A DNA stretch of 64,000 bases from Mytilus edulis. Taxonomy: Eukaryota. The notes beneath the pieces are model-generated. The model had not been told where the DNA came from. It did no database searches and was given only the letters and a program-made list of their open reading frames with translations. The stretch spans positions 95,542,001 through 95,606,000 of the forward strand of contig NC_092344.1 in the NCBI RefSeq assembly GCF_963676685.1, read 5' to 3'. This document shows, one piece after another, positions 45,965 to 59,628 of the stretch (the stretch's first letter is position 1; the number at the start of each line of letters is the position of its first letter). The position numbers and the translations under genes were made by a program.

Positions 45965-48900
45965 CTTACTTACTTATCCTCTTCATCCCCAGTGGGACAT
46001 AAGGCCATAACAAACTGCCTCCACTTCTCTATGTCCTTGGCCATGTACTGGGTTTGGCCCCAGGTGTAACCCATTGCTTCTTATTCTGCTGTAACAGTTC
46101 TTCGCCAGGTGATTCTAGGTCTCCCTGGTTTCCTTTTTCCTAATGGTGTCCAATATAGAACTGTTTTAGGTGTGCGGTGTTGTGGCATTCTCAGTACATG
46201 ACCTAACCATCTAAATCTCCGTTTTTTAATTTCTGCTGTTATGCTCTTAGCATTACATTTCTCCAAAAGGCTCTTGTAGCAGATCTTATTTGGCCAGAAT
46301 ATTCTGTTGATCTTTCTTAGGTAGCTTGTATGGAATGCATCTACTTTTTGAAGGTCACTAACTAAAACACGCCAAGTTTCTGAACCATACAGTAGGACAG
46401 ATTTAACACTGCTGTTGTAAATTCTAGTTTGGTCCTTAAACTATACTGGTTGGATTTCCAGATTGTATGAAGTCTTGCAAATGTTGCACGTGCCTTAGAT
46501 AGTCTTGCCTTTATATACTTCCCTGTCCCATTATCTTTACTTATGATGCTTCTAAGGTAAGTGAAATCTTCAACACTGTCCACTGACAGATCATTGATTT
46601 TTATTGGTGTTGTATTTCTGGTGTTTATTGACATTACCTTGGTCTTCTTGGCATTGACATTCAGACCAGTTTGCGATGCATAGTTGTTAAGTATGTTGGT
46701 CTTCTCTTGGAGGTGTTCACTTGTTGTTGATAATATGGCAATGTAATCAGCAAAATCAAGGTCTTCTAGCTGGTTAAACATGGTCCACTGGATATCCCTT
46801 ACCTTGTCTGATGTTGTATGTCTTTGTATCCAGTCCAATGACCAATAAAAATATGATTGGTGACATAATACATCCCTGTCTTACACCAAATTTAACTTCA
46901 AATGAGTCTGAGATAGAGCTATCGAGGATGACACTGCATTCAAAGCTGTTGTAGAAGGCTTTTATTAGCATCAAAATATTTGGTGGAATTCCATATGATT
47001 TCACAATTTTCCAATGAGTTTCTCTATGTATACTGTCAAAGGCCTTTTTGAAGTCAATGACATTAATGAAGAATGGTGTGTTCCATTCAATGCATTGCTC
47101 AATGATGTTTCTCAGAGTGAAAATTTGGTATTTGCATCCTCTGCCTCTTCTAAAGCCAGCTTGTTCTTCTCTAAGCTTTTCATCCACAATTATCAACTTT
47201 GTACTTGTTTGGCTTTATAAATATTTTGATTTGAGCGTCACTGATGAGTCTTATGTAGACGAAACGCGCGTCTGGCGTACTAAATTCTAATCCTGGTACC
47301 TTTGATAACTATTTATCAATTCTTTTTAGAAGAATTTTGCAAAATACCTAACTAGGGACAGAAAGTAATGTAATCCCTCTCCAGTTGTCGCAGTTGCGAA
47401 GATTGCCTTTCTTTGGTAATTTCACAATCAGGCATTTGCTCCAGTCTGATGGAATATCCCCTTCTTTCCAGATGACAAGGAAAAGATTGTCGAGAACTTT
47501 GGATGATGTATCTAAGTCTGCCTTTAACATCTTTGCGTGAATGGAATTAATGCCTGGTGCCTTCCTTGTCTTCAATGATTTAATGGCATTTCTTACTTCT
47601 TCTATAGTTGGTGGTTCTGTGTTGATGTTTAAATCGTCTTCCGATGGCTATGATATCAGGCTCAGGGCAGTTTAATACCTCTTTGAAATGTTGGACCCAC
47701 CTTTTTGCTTGTTCCCTTTCTGTTTTCAATGCTTTGCCATTTTGTCGTTTACATGTGCTGTCTTTGCATTTGATGTTCCACAGAGTTGTTTGGTGATTTT
47801 GTAAACTGTGCTCAACTCTCCAAGAATTGCTGCCTTTTCTGCTTCTTTTGCTAGGTCCTCCAGATGTTACTTGTAGTTGATCTTGTAACCTTTTGGACTT
47901 TGCATTCAATGATTTCTGTTTTATAGTCTTTCTTTCTTCAATTTTTTGCAAGGTTTCCGATGTTAGCCAGTCCTTGTTCTTTTTTGTTTTGTGACCACTG
48001 TCTTTTCTGCCGTTTTTACATAAATATCTTTGATGTTATCCCACTTCTCTTGTACACTGCCTTCTTCATCATCAGAGTTTTCTAGCACACTAAACCGATT
48101 TTTCAATTCTAAGCAAAAAGCTTTCTTCACATTTGGTGACTTCAACCTTGCTGTGTCTAGCCTCTTTCTATTCTGGTTTTCAGTAGGTGCCTTTCTTAGT
48201 TTTAATTTGATGGTAGCTTTCAGTGATCGCTATTTACATCTGCACCCCTCAGTTCTCGTACATCTCTTAATGATCTACGCCACTTGTTGTTCACCAGTAT
48301 ATGGTCGATCTGGTTAACTGTTCTTCCATCAGGTGATTTCCATGTTACTTTATAGATGTTTTTATGTGGAAAGATGGTCCCTCCTATCACCAGTTTATTA
48401 CAAAGACAAAGTTCGATAGCACGTTCACCATTCTCATTTTTCACCCCGCAACCATGCCTGTCCATGAAATTTTCAGCATCAGTGTTGTCCGATCCTACTT
48501 TTGCATTTCGATCTCCCATTATTACCAGCATGACGTGTTGAGGTACTTTGGAAATGGCAGTCTGCAGTTGTTCGTAAAAATCATCCTTGGTCTCATCTTC
48601 GGCATCATTTGTTGGTGCGTAACACTGTATGATAGAAAGTTTACAGTAGTCAGAGTTAAATCTTGCTGTTACTAACCTTTCACTGATTGGTTCCCATTCT
48701 AGTAGTGTCTTTGCCTTTTCTTTGCATATGATATTTCTACACCATTAATATGTCTGTCAGTGTTTCCAGAGTAAAGAATGATGTTTCCACTATTTGTTCT
48801 AGTCTTTCCTGAACTAGTCCAACGACATTCGCTCACACCAAGAATGTCCAACCTTTAGTGCTGCATTTCCTTGATGACCTGTGCAGTCTTTGATGTTTCA

Positions 48901-49389
48901 TACATGGTTCGAACATTTCAGGCTCTTATATTTATTTGTGCTTTATGACCTAGAAGACTCATATTCATTTTCCTAGTTTCCACAATAGGGCTTTCACTAG
49001 GAGAAGTCATTCCGCTGTGGTTTGAGTCCCCCATTGAACCTATAACAGAGGGTAATGTAATTTCATTTGTTGTGGTTTCTGTAACTGTAATAGTTTCTAC
49101 AGGATGGGGAAGTTAACCCCATGCCCAACACTCCAACCTGGAGGGCCAGGGAATTTGTGTTCAAGGTTTCCATCCTCTAGAAGGGCTGCTGTCCTGAGCT
49201 AATGAATCCATTCTATCCAGGTTTGTTATCGAAGTTACCATCTCCTAGATTAGTTGCCCGACTGGGCTACGACTCTCACCTAACCGCCTATTTACCCATA
49301 GCTGGGACAAGGTTGATAAGTGCTAGGGCATGTCCACACACAGGTGGCCCTACACACTGCTTCTCTAGGGACCTTGCTGCTCCGAGATA
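45965..49389 (-). mobile_element. RTE-clade LINE, near full length, pseudogenised by stops and frameshifts
   Basis: APE motifs (GDRNAKVG, NQIDH, SDH), RT motifs (NWRGITLL, EQAGFR, DFKKAFD, RQGC, DFAD), RWLGHVLRM, (TAAG)n 3' tail; TSD tgaaaatgcg(a/g)ta at 45952-45964 and 49390-49402. Confidence 0.92.
47235..47278 (+). ncRNA. Type I hammerhead ribozyme, intact
   Basis: gcgtca-CTGATGA-gtct tatgt agac-GAAAC-gcgc-GTC-tggcgt; all stems pair; predicted cut after 47272. Confidence 0.9.
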
Positions 49390-52300
49390 TGAAAATGCGG
49401 TATGTGTTGGTAATTTCTCTGCCATTTGTTTTCTTTGTCTCTTGTGGTGAATTGCCTCATTTTCAATCATAGTTACCACATCCTTTTTTTAATAATTTAA
49501 TTTTTCATGCTTAAATGCACCGTATAGAACGTTTCTCGGGATACATTTAAACACACGAAATATACAGACTCTTACCCTGTCTCGCTGTAAAATTTTGAAT
49601 GTTCTTTTTACCGTGATACACATTTCATACATCAGAGTCATTAACCTATTATGCCAGAGGAAATGTTATTGTACAATGCCCAAAGTGTTAAATAAAATTG
49701 TGTATAATTAGAAAGACCATATTACTTTCATTTCAAACTATACTATATAATATGAATAATAATTATAAAAAGTAAACTAGAAGTAAGCGAATTAATGTCA
49801 GAAAATGGATAGAAAGAAGGTGCAAGTTATAAGCACTAACGACTTTGCTCTTGACCTCTCTATGCATTTCCAAATAGCAAAATTAAAGAAAAAAAATGTA
49901 TTATATACTATATTTTAACCACATTATTTCAGTTAAACACCTTTATTATAAACCATAAAATGGATATTGTACACATTAACCTATTTCAGGTGACATCAAA
50001 AGCTGTCATAATGTGATGGGAAAAGGTAAGTTTGACAACATTATCTTATATAAAAACAACAACATCAAATTACAAATTCATTTTATATTCACATAGGAAG
50101 TCAGAAGAGTATGCACTTTAGCTTAAGGATACTAATTTATTTTAGAAGGACTTTATATTTATATAGATAATTACATTTTGTTTTATTATAGAAAAAAACT
50201 TGTCAGATTGACAAGATTGTTTTCCGTTGAGGTCGCACTGTATAAACCCTTTTTATTTCTTATAAACATGCAGCACTTAATAATTTCTTTTGAAGAAAAA
50301 ACCTGACAGATTATTTTGTGAAAGATATTTAATTTTAGACATTTGTGTTCGCTAGAAATTAATCTGGAAGGTTGAACAGCTGTTGTGTCTTCAGCGATTT
50401 ATCGGTACAGGAGTTTGACATTTATAAACTTTTGACTATTTACTGGTCGATTTATCGTTGGATTTTAAGGTTATAACCTTGCTGAAACCGTAAGTATTTC
50501 TGACTATTTCTTTCCTATTTCACTTAACTAATCATGTTTTATGAAACCATATTGATGGATTCAAATGTATTGGGTCATATTTGGTTTTAAAAAAGTAACG
50601 TCTTAGCACTGAGTCTTAGCATCTCACTTCCAGTAAGAGTCATGTTAATTAATGGGCATGTAGTGGGGTTACTCCCCCTCCATTCCGTTATTTTGTGTAC
50701 AGTAGATCACAACCGAACATGATTTTTTTAAAGCTTAATTTTTTTTGTGAAATAGGATCAGGGGTAATATAACATATCTTACTGTAAATAAATAATGTGG
50801 TTTTTTTTCTATTTTTTTCCAGTGTTGTTATAGTAGTTTTTTGCATTCACTGTTATTTACCTCCGAAAGGGGAAGTTCAAGATCTAGGCCAACTTGAATG
50901 AAATGCAATTGATAATCTTTAAAAATAGATTTTTTTTCTCAAAATGAAAACCAAATGTACGCAAAAATACATGTACCATAGACTTTGACATAACTGAAAT
51001 GAAAATCAAAACGAGCAAACAGTACCAATTTAGGAAATGAATGACGAATTTCAAATCATACAGATTTAGTTTCTTATAATACATGTAATAATATTATGGA
51101 AATTATTGAACAAATGCATGCAAATATAATAAACTGAGTCCTCTATGAACGATATTTTACATTTATTACGACCTATAACGTTTTATGAACACATAATATT
51201 TCATTTACTGATAGTTGATCGCCAGCTTATTAGCTTTCGAGTTTGTTGCCTTAATATATCGGATTATGCCATTGATAAACAACCAACTCATGAGTGTGGA
51301 CCACGTTTCTATTCATAAATGATTCCTTAATCAAGGTTTTCCATGTGCACTTGCGCTGTGTGGGAGGCGGTGTTCTAACGAGAGGTCTTGTACTTGCGGA
51401 AAAATATCTGCGAATTGGAGTACGAAATGACAACTTATAGTTTTGAAGATTTTAATAAGATTAAGGATATCATTATGCAAGAACATCCATGTACATTTAA
51501 GTACATACAACGTGGTATTTTTTTTTTAAATCTGAATTATCATATGACTTTAACAATTATGACTTATGCGTATTTTATAATTAATTAGATAAACTATACA
51601 TTATGAATTATGAAACTGCACTTCATTTCATTTCCATTCGTCCCGAATTTTGACTGAGCAATACCAAATTATTCTACTGATGAGATACCAGCTTCAAAGA
51701 CTATATGGAAAATAATACACATTTTTACTGAAAAACGTTTTTAGTTTTTAGCATTTGAATAAGTTTTACACGCTTATCGTGCAGTGATGTAATAAAACTA
51801 CCGACCGACATAATAGCCTGTGCATTTTCACTTAAATACATCCATTATGACATGTGATATATGTAACTCTATATCTGATTTGTTTCTATTGTTCATTGCT
51901 TCAACATTGCTTTAGTGGGAGAAACAATTTGTTGAATTGTCCGCCATTGTATAGTTTTGTTTAGTTGATAAATACTGTCAATGAATGGACAATTATAAAT
52001 TGTCAAAAAACTAAAACACAAATTCATGTTTATCATTCGTAATATGATACAAATATTGATCATTGTAATTAAAAGGAGTAGATTTGTAAGGTCTTAAATG
52101 AGAACGATATAATGTGGCTTTTAGAAAAAATCCCAAATATCTATTGTACCATGGGTTTTGATAATTTTCTTGGCAATATTTAAAACGCGAAACGATGTTT
52201 TCTTTGGTTGAATTTTCACACATAAAACTTTTCTGAAAAAAAAGTGTTGCCAAATTATTAATCGCACCATGCTAAAAAAAATAGTTCATCCGAAACGAAA

Positions 52301-54439
52301 AGAACACTCGATTCTTATACATATATCTTAGGAAAAAAAAACTTAAATCAGCGTAATATTAAGTTTCAATTGGTATCTAATAATATTTCAATATTCTAAA
52401 GCATAACAAACAAGGTCAACAGGTTAGGTATTTTGAGCTTGCTTTCAACAACTGCCAGCATTTTTGGATAATTATTGCTTTTTGTGCGTACTTGTGTTTC
52501 TTTGCTACCGTGGTCACCTGTCTGTCCAAAGTTGAAAACTTCACTTGGAGATCTTGGGGTTGATGAAAGTGCTTGATTTTCTCACTGCGTTGAAGACCCA
52601 TTGATGGCCTTGTGCTGTAATCAGCTCTTTGGTCGGTTGTTGTACCTTTAAAGCATTCCCCGTTTCCCTTCTCTTTTCCATAAATGTAGTACAGCATATT
52701 ATTTATTATAGTTTCACGCTTCACCTTCTTGTTCTCCGTGCTGCAAAATTCTAGCATGTCGTTAAACATTGTTATTTTTAAGAGAGAGATATTATAAGAA
52801 AAAAAAATGTCGAAAAGGTCTAATCTATTTCCATAACGTTAAATCCATTTAGATTTTATTTGTTTGATCTTTAATGAAATGCACTTCTATACTTATTAAA
52901 ATGAGAAAAAAAATGAAATAAAATTGTATTCAAATATCAGTGATATAAAACCAATTCAGAATAGTGTTGATGACATTTAAGTAAAGTCAGATTAATTGGA
53001 AGTTTAATCCAGCAAAATATCAGACGGTCTATCCAAATACGTGTAGGTATTATAAACACAAAAAATTAATAAAACGGAATTCATATAACAATGACGAAAT
53101 CTGCTTTAAGACTTCTTCCACTTCTTCACTGGAAATTTGTTGAAATGATTTACCACATGACCACCTCTATGGACTCCAGTTTGACATATTTTATCAGACA
53201 CCACAATTGTCGGTGATCGTGTGTTGACCTCGGGCTGTTGTGTTTTTAGTTGTTAATTTGTTGTCTTATTTTATTCACATTAAAACAAATCTGTAGTGAA
53301 ATTCTCTCATTGCCTTATGTTTATTTTAGAAAATAATGGTTACAAATACAAAAAACACAATCGAAATCACGATCAGGACTATCAGAAAAGTTTTCTTTTT
53401 CTCACAGATATGTTTGTTTTGTATTTATCAGCGTACGAGACAAAAGTGTCCACTTATTGAACAGTCCTTATTTTGAAAGAAGAGAGCAATACCAATTTGT
53501 CGTTAACATTCTGTTACAAAACTATCACGCCTTTAAAAAAAATGTTTGTTATCAACTGACTTTATGCTTCCCTTATGCAAGGTTGACCTTAGATATATTG
53601 ATTAAACCACTTCTAATCGTATAGCTCTTCAAGTGTTAAGATATCTATACACCCTGGCATGCAATGTAGTGGGTTGGTTCCTGGTGAACGTAGATCCGCA
53701 ATACGCGTTTTGTTTGCAACGGATCTATAAAGTATTATAATCGTTTTCATTAATCTGAAATTTGAAAATCAATTTACACGGTGGTAACCTTTAGTTCACA
53801 AGACGTGTTGTCATAGTTTAGGTAATCATCTCCAATCCGTGCCTTCTTTGAGATCGTAGGAATCGATTTCTATGTACCTTATTTGTATTTTGAATGTTAT
53901 TGCCTTATGATATTAAGACGGAAATGTACTAATAAAATTGTTAGGGAAAAAAAAGAAGATTGTTTGTCATCCGTATACGTTGAAAATGACTGGCCTTCGT
54001 TCGGTTGTTCAATTGATAACGTTACTAATTAGTAATTTACGGATCAATGTGTGAAATTTGATGGATAAATTCTATTGAAGCTGACTTATTAATTGCGTAT
54101 CAAATAAAAGATAATTCTGACGCGCACATTCTCATAGATTTGTTTGCTTTGAATTCAGAATACCAACAATACGTGTATTGCTTTACATAGAGCAGATAAT
54201 TTAGAATATCGGCTTCCAAATTGAAGGGTTTTTATAATTGCTTTAATTGTTTACGTGGGACAAATTAAAGGACAACTTAAATTGTCAAACAGGCTTTGTT
54301 AATTTCATTCTTATGTTACAGAGATTAGAAAATAGAACGGTAAAAGTGGGAATGGCTATCAAATTTTGAATGCCCACGCTCGGTGCGCTCTTGATTCCCA
54401 ACTTGTTTTTGAACTCATATGAATTGTATCTATAAGAGA

Positions 54440-55235
54440 ATCGAAAAATACCACAGGGACTTTCAAACTCATATTTTAAAAAAATGACAACGCCATGACT
54501 AAAATACAAAAGACGAACATACAAACAATAGTACACAAAACACAACATAGAAAACTAAAGACTGAGTAACACGAACCCAACCAAAACCTGGCGGTGATCC
54601 CAGGTGCTCCAGAAGGGTTACAAGATCCTGCTTGACATGTGGCACCCGTCGTGTTGCTCATTTTAGCACAAACCCGGTTAGTATAATTCAGTAGGTCACA
54701 TTCGGGAAAAAGGGTTAGAGATTGTAGTTACGACATTAGGAACATTTTTGTTATCACCTGTGAAACGGATCGATATACCATAACGACCAACCAACACGTG
54801 ATGGCTTCCGTAAAATTTAAAAAGGAATGATTTCAGCTTCACTGCTTGGAACTCTTTGTTTTAATAGCCGCCTTGTGAACAGCAAGTCTCTATCAAGGAA
54901 ATCATGGAAGGAAATGCATGCCCTGGAATAACGTATATATGTATGCAGATACTGCTGGAATATTGCTACATAGTAATAGAAAGTTTAAAATTAGGAAGCT
55001 GATCTCATCCCTTTCGCCGTAAAGTTTTGTTTTCAAACGACCCTCATTGTCAATTTTTAGATGTAAGTCGAGATATGAGGCAGACTTAGCTACATGTATA
55101 TCTGTAATTTCCTTTATCTCAAGATTGATGGGATAGATGCGTTTAACATAGTCTTCAATTTTGAATTATTTAGTTGGACAACATCATCTATATAACGGAA
55201 AGTATAAAGTTAAAGGAAACTGCTAACTTCTTAAT
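54440..55235 (-). mobile_element. Degenerate Penelope-like element related to the 16400-17465 copy
   Basis: Reverse complement resembles 16690-17460; FRYIDDVVQLNNS near 55160-55200. Confidence 0.8.
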
Positions 55236-55244
55236 TTTCTGTAT

Positions 55245-55810
55245 TTCATATTGGTAACTGCCCATTTTTCAGAAGTGACATATCGTTTACTCGAACCTAT
55301 GGCATTAATGTATCACCAGTTGATCATATATGATAGAGCGTCATTTCGTAATGTTGATTTCACTAACTTTGAAATAAGGTCATACTCTAACAAGGCTACC
55401 AGAAAAAAAATGACCGTAACTGTCACATCATATATTGTAAGTTTCACGGTTCTTAGACAATTCAACCCCACCACAGAGTCAGAATTTCTCAACTCACCTT
55501 TGACTATAGGTCCAGCATATCCACTGAGTCAATCTGACACAGGCGCCCATTAAGTCATGTTCCTTCTGATGATAGTTACTACTTTGTACATTTGAAATTG
55601 GCTGTTCGGTGATGTATGCAAATCTTTGTGCGCTTTGATTCCTTGTCGGAATTTGGCAATACTTTTGGTCCATTTTGGTTTGATCTGCTTTTCAACATTT
55701 GTAATAGGTTTCGGATATTTCAATATATTTTTACCTCGAGCATCACTAGAGAGACATTATTTGTCGAAATGCGCATCTGATACATCAAAATTGGTCTAGC
55801 TTATGTTATA
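55245..55810 (+). mobile_element. Second, highly decayed Penelope-like 3' fragment ending in a hammerhead-like motif
   Basis: YG....QLI-like remnant near 55280-55340; hammerhead-like motif 55740-55783. Confidence 0.5.
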
Positions 55811-58800
55811 AATTAATGTTGACCATCTCTTTGATATTAACGTCTATAAATGTACATTTTTTTCTTCTTCAAATTATTAAAGCACTTCAAAGTTTGATAT
55901 TTGCATTGCAAATGAGATATAAGAGCAGGATAGCAGACAAGACAGTAATAGGATAGAAACAGTGTACAAAAGCCCTTATTTTAAATGGCGAAACAGATGA
56001 AACAACATGGATTCACAATGGAAACAACATAACATTTCAATGATAGACAAACGGTCACACCATACTACATGACCTTCAAGATTTGCTATCTTTCTATCGA
56101 TGTGATTTCACTGCGGGTTTTTCTATGATGAATTTTCATATATCTTTCGTTTTGATTTGTTATATCCCATAAGAATAATTGTCTGCCCTTACTTTTACAT
56201 TATTAGTATAAAGATGTTTTGGTATGTTAAGCTGACTCTAATTTCATTTTGTCTAGCTGTTTTGGTATTCGATCAATCATTTCATTATCCTGTGATGTAA
56301 CTATATTTTTGTTCCTACTTCTTAGCCATGGGATAAGTTTTGACTCTTCTGGATCAAATGTTGCACGAGATTGTATTGAAGTCACGCACAATTTCCCTTA
56401 AGGTGAATACCATATTGTGACTAAAATTAACTTGTTTAACGCTAGAACTTAGTACAATTGTGTCAATTTAAGGGAAATGATTTCCAGTAATATTTATATT
56501 ATTAAAATATTTTCATACATGGACGTTGAGAGTGAATTTGTGATATATTTTATTCTCATGCAGATTTATTTTTGGTTTTAAAATGAACTCATCAAAGATG
56601 AATATATAGGCCGCATAGAATCATTTCACAAGGATAATTTACATCAGTCTCTCAAAGCATGCTTTAAAAGATATATAATTTTCTGTTGGATCATTTTGTT
56701 TTTATCGTTTGCTGATGTTTCGCACACAAATATGAAGATTATATTTTTTTTAAGTCAGTATGTTTGCATTGCTGGGGTGTCTTATGTGTTATGTAACGTG
56801 ATATTTAATCATTATACAAAATAATCAAATGTCAATAGTAATTTATCGATGTTGAAAACTCGACAATCCATTTTGAACATACAAACAAGACCTTAAAAAA
56901 ATAACTGATGGATTTGCTTGAAATCCCCCCCCCCCAAAAAAAAAGCGAGACAGGTATCTTAAAACTTTGAGGCATATATATCATATCGTGGCAGTCAACT
57001 ACTGTGTGGATGAAACTGTTAAACCTGTGCAACATTAATTAGTTAATGGAAATGGGAAAATTGTAATAGTCAAGTTTGTCATAGATCTTAGTTTTAAATA
57101 GTGCATCTATTCCAAATTTAAGGAAAAGATCAAGGTATGAAGCTGACTATCCGATTAATAAAGTTCACTGTGATATATAAAATTGAGAGTTGAAATGAAT
57201 ACTATGTCATAGAGATGACATCCCGACCAAAGGACAGATAATAGCCGAAGGCCACCAATGGATATTCAATGCAGCGAGAAAATCCATCTCCCGGAAGTGG
57301 TCCTCATGTACATCAGATTCAATTACTCGCTAAAGTTTTAGTTTTTGAGCGACAGGACATTTTAGATAAATATCCTAACATGAACCTGAAAAAAGTGGCG
57401 AGATGATGTATCTTTTCGTTAATTATTAATCCAGGATACTCGACAAATATATGATCGATCCAAAAGGCGTTTACAAGATATCGTGGTCAGAGTTTTCTTG
57501 ATGAAATGTGTTGATTTTTTCGTGACCTTAAACAAAATTATTAATCTCTGATTCATATTCAGAGGAAAAAGCACTGTGTATATAATGAGAATATGGTGTC
57601 GATAACCAACATTGAGTGTTTCGAATAACTCCTCATTTTAATTAAGCTTTTCGTTATTGGATTTAGACATATTTTCTAGTTTTTATTTTGCTATTATTTT
57701 GTTTATTTCATATGTGTTATATGTCTCATTGTGTTACAAATAGCGATTTGATTTTAAATCATGAACTGATTTAAGGAGTTTCGTATGATACAAGTTTACC
57801 GTTTGTTGATAAATATAAATGCGTCATAATAACCAACGGTTATGTCTGTAAAACTCGTTTTATTCAGTCATGAGTATAATCTGATAAAGAAGCAAAACAA
57901 AAATGTCGATGATTTTTTTAATTTTAGAGTGTGTATTTGAGTTGTAAGTGATGAAGGATATTTTTGATCATTTTATTGATTTTTAAAACTCGGGTTTGCA
58001 GTCTGTCGGAATTATTTAGTTGGTTAGCGAAAAGGTCCAGTTTGCACATCAATAATCTACTTAAAATTATTTTTATTGCTACAGTAATCAGCTTTCGTAT
58101 GATCATATGATTTCAGGTGAACTTCATTTTTATGCTCATTCTTTAATGTCGTCGTTTTTCTCATGGTTGGTATAAACTGATTCTTTAAATAATGTAAACA
58201 GAAAAAAGAATCTCAAGTTAAAATTTATGTATTGTATTTTTTGATTCAATTCCAATCTGTAATGCGTTTAAAATCTCCTTCAAATTTATAATATTACAAA
58301 AGTGACATTAAAATGTACTCCCCAATTTGGTTTTCGTAATATCAAAGAAATGATTGGCCTTTGGTGTTTCTGGTCTTATCAACTTTTGCTAGCGTTAATA
58401 TGTAAATCCTTTATGCATTGCATTTAGCGGATTTTGATACTAATCATTGATAGATTGTTGTACTCAACAGATAGACAAATTCCATTGGGATTATAGGTAA
58501 CCTCTATTACCTCTCCATATGTAGGTGGATAATTGTGTTTATAGTTTTGTTTTTGTTGTATCAATTCGTAATAAGCATTTCAATTGACAATTCTATAATT
58601 ACAAATCATGAAAATGTGATAATGAAAGTTATTAAGACTTGCTGTCTCTTGTGTGTGCAATATATCCTGTTCAGGGGGTTTGGTACCATTATAGACAAGA
58701 AACATGTACACTGCTTCCAGGTTTAACTAAGTCAACCGCATTGTATTTTTAAGTATTTCAAGTAGATGTTATATAGTTGGAGGCATCGACTCACATCTTG

Positions 58801-59429
58801 ACACGATTGAAAGAATCGGCAAATGTTTGAAAAGGTGTTGTTACAAGATTCAGTTCTGAAAATGGTATGCAAAAAGTAAAATGGCAAGAACACAGAGCTC
58901 TACGGACAATAAAAAACGGAAAGTCCGTAAAAATGTCATATTAGTATCCTCTGAACTATTGCATATTTTCTTGGAAATCTCAACAAGCTGATATATTTTA
59001 AGATACTTATCACATAATTAGATGTGTCTATTAAGTTCATGTTAAACACTTTAGGGCTATTTAACTTGATCATTCACTTGTAAGTGTTTTGATCGTTGTA
59101 ACCCGGATGACACTACCAATTATATATCTTATGAAACATAAATTAATCGTTTGGTGTCTTCTTAACATCATTTGAAAGGATATGTCGAATAGAATGCAAA
59201 AATTGTTTCCTTGCAACAGGAAACCTGAGGACCGTCATAGAATTGTTGAAATGGGGTTTACCGCCAAACGAGCACTTTTCTTACTCACGAATTTTAAGAC
59301 TGGATAGTAAAAAGTTTAAGTGGTCATTTTCTATAAACAATTAACCCTTCCGATAGCTGATTAAAACTAACGACATAGAAGGGTTCACATTTGACTTTTG
59401 TGGGACCTACACATTTTGGGATTTTGAAA

Positions 59430-59628
59430 TACTAAGGATTTCTACCTCGGGAATATATTACCTAAACTTACCTGGCAAAACCCTTAGGAATATGTGCTCT
59501 TCAATGATCTTTAATTTCGTACTGTAGTTGGCATCTTTAACTTATTTATTCGAGCGTACCTGATATGTATTTCGTATACCAATCACGAGTCTGGCGTACA
59601 TACTTTTAACCCTGAAATCTATGATGAT
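59430..59628 (+). repeat. Old, degenerate retrozyme-like fragment
   Basis: Collinear with 5510-5712; hammerhead core eroded. Confidence 0.6.

Noticed and set aside
46081-48531. RTE ORF fragments as functional genes
   Set aside because: Pieces of one ORF broken by many frameshifts, stops and an insertion; the catalytic motif has decayed to FADY.
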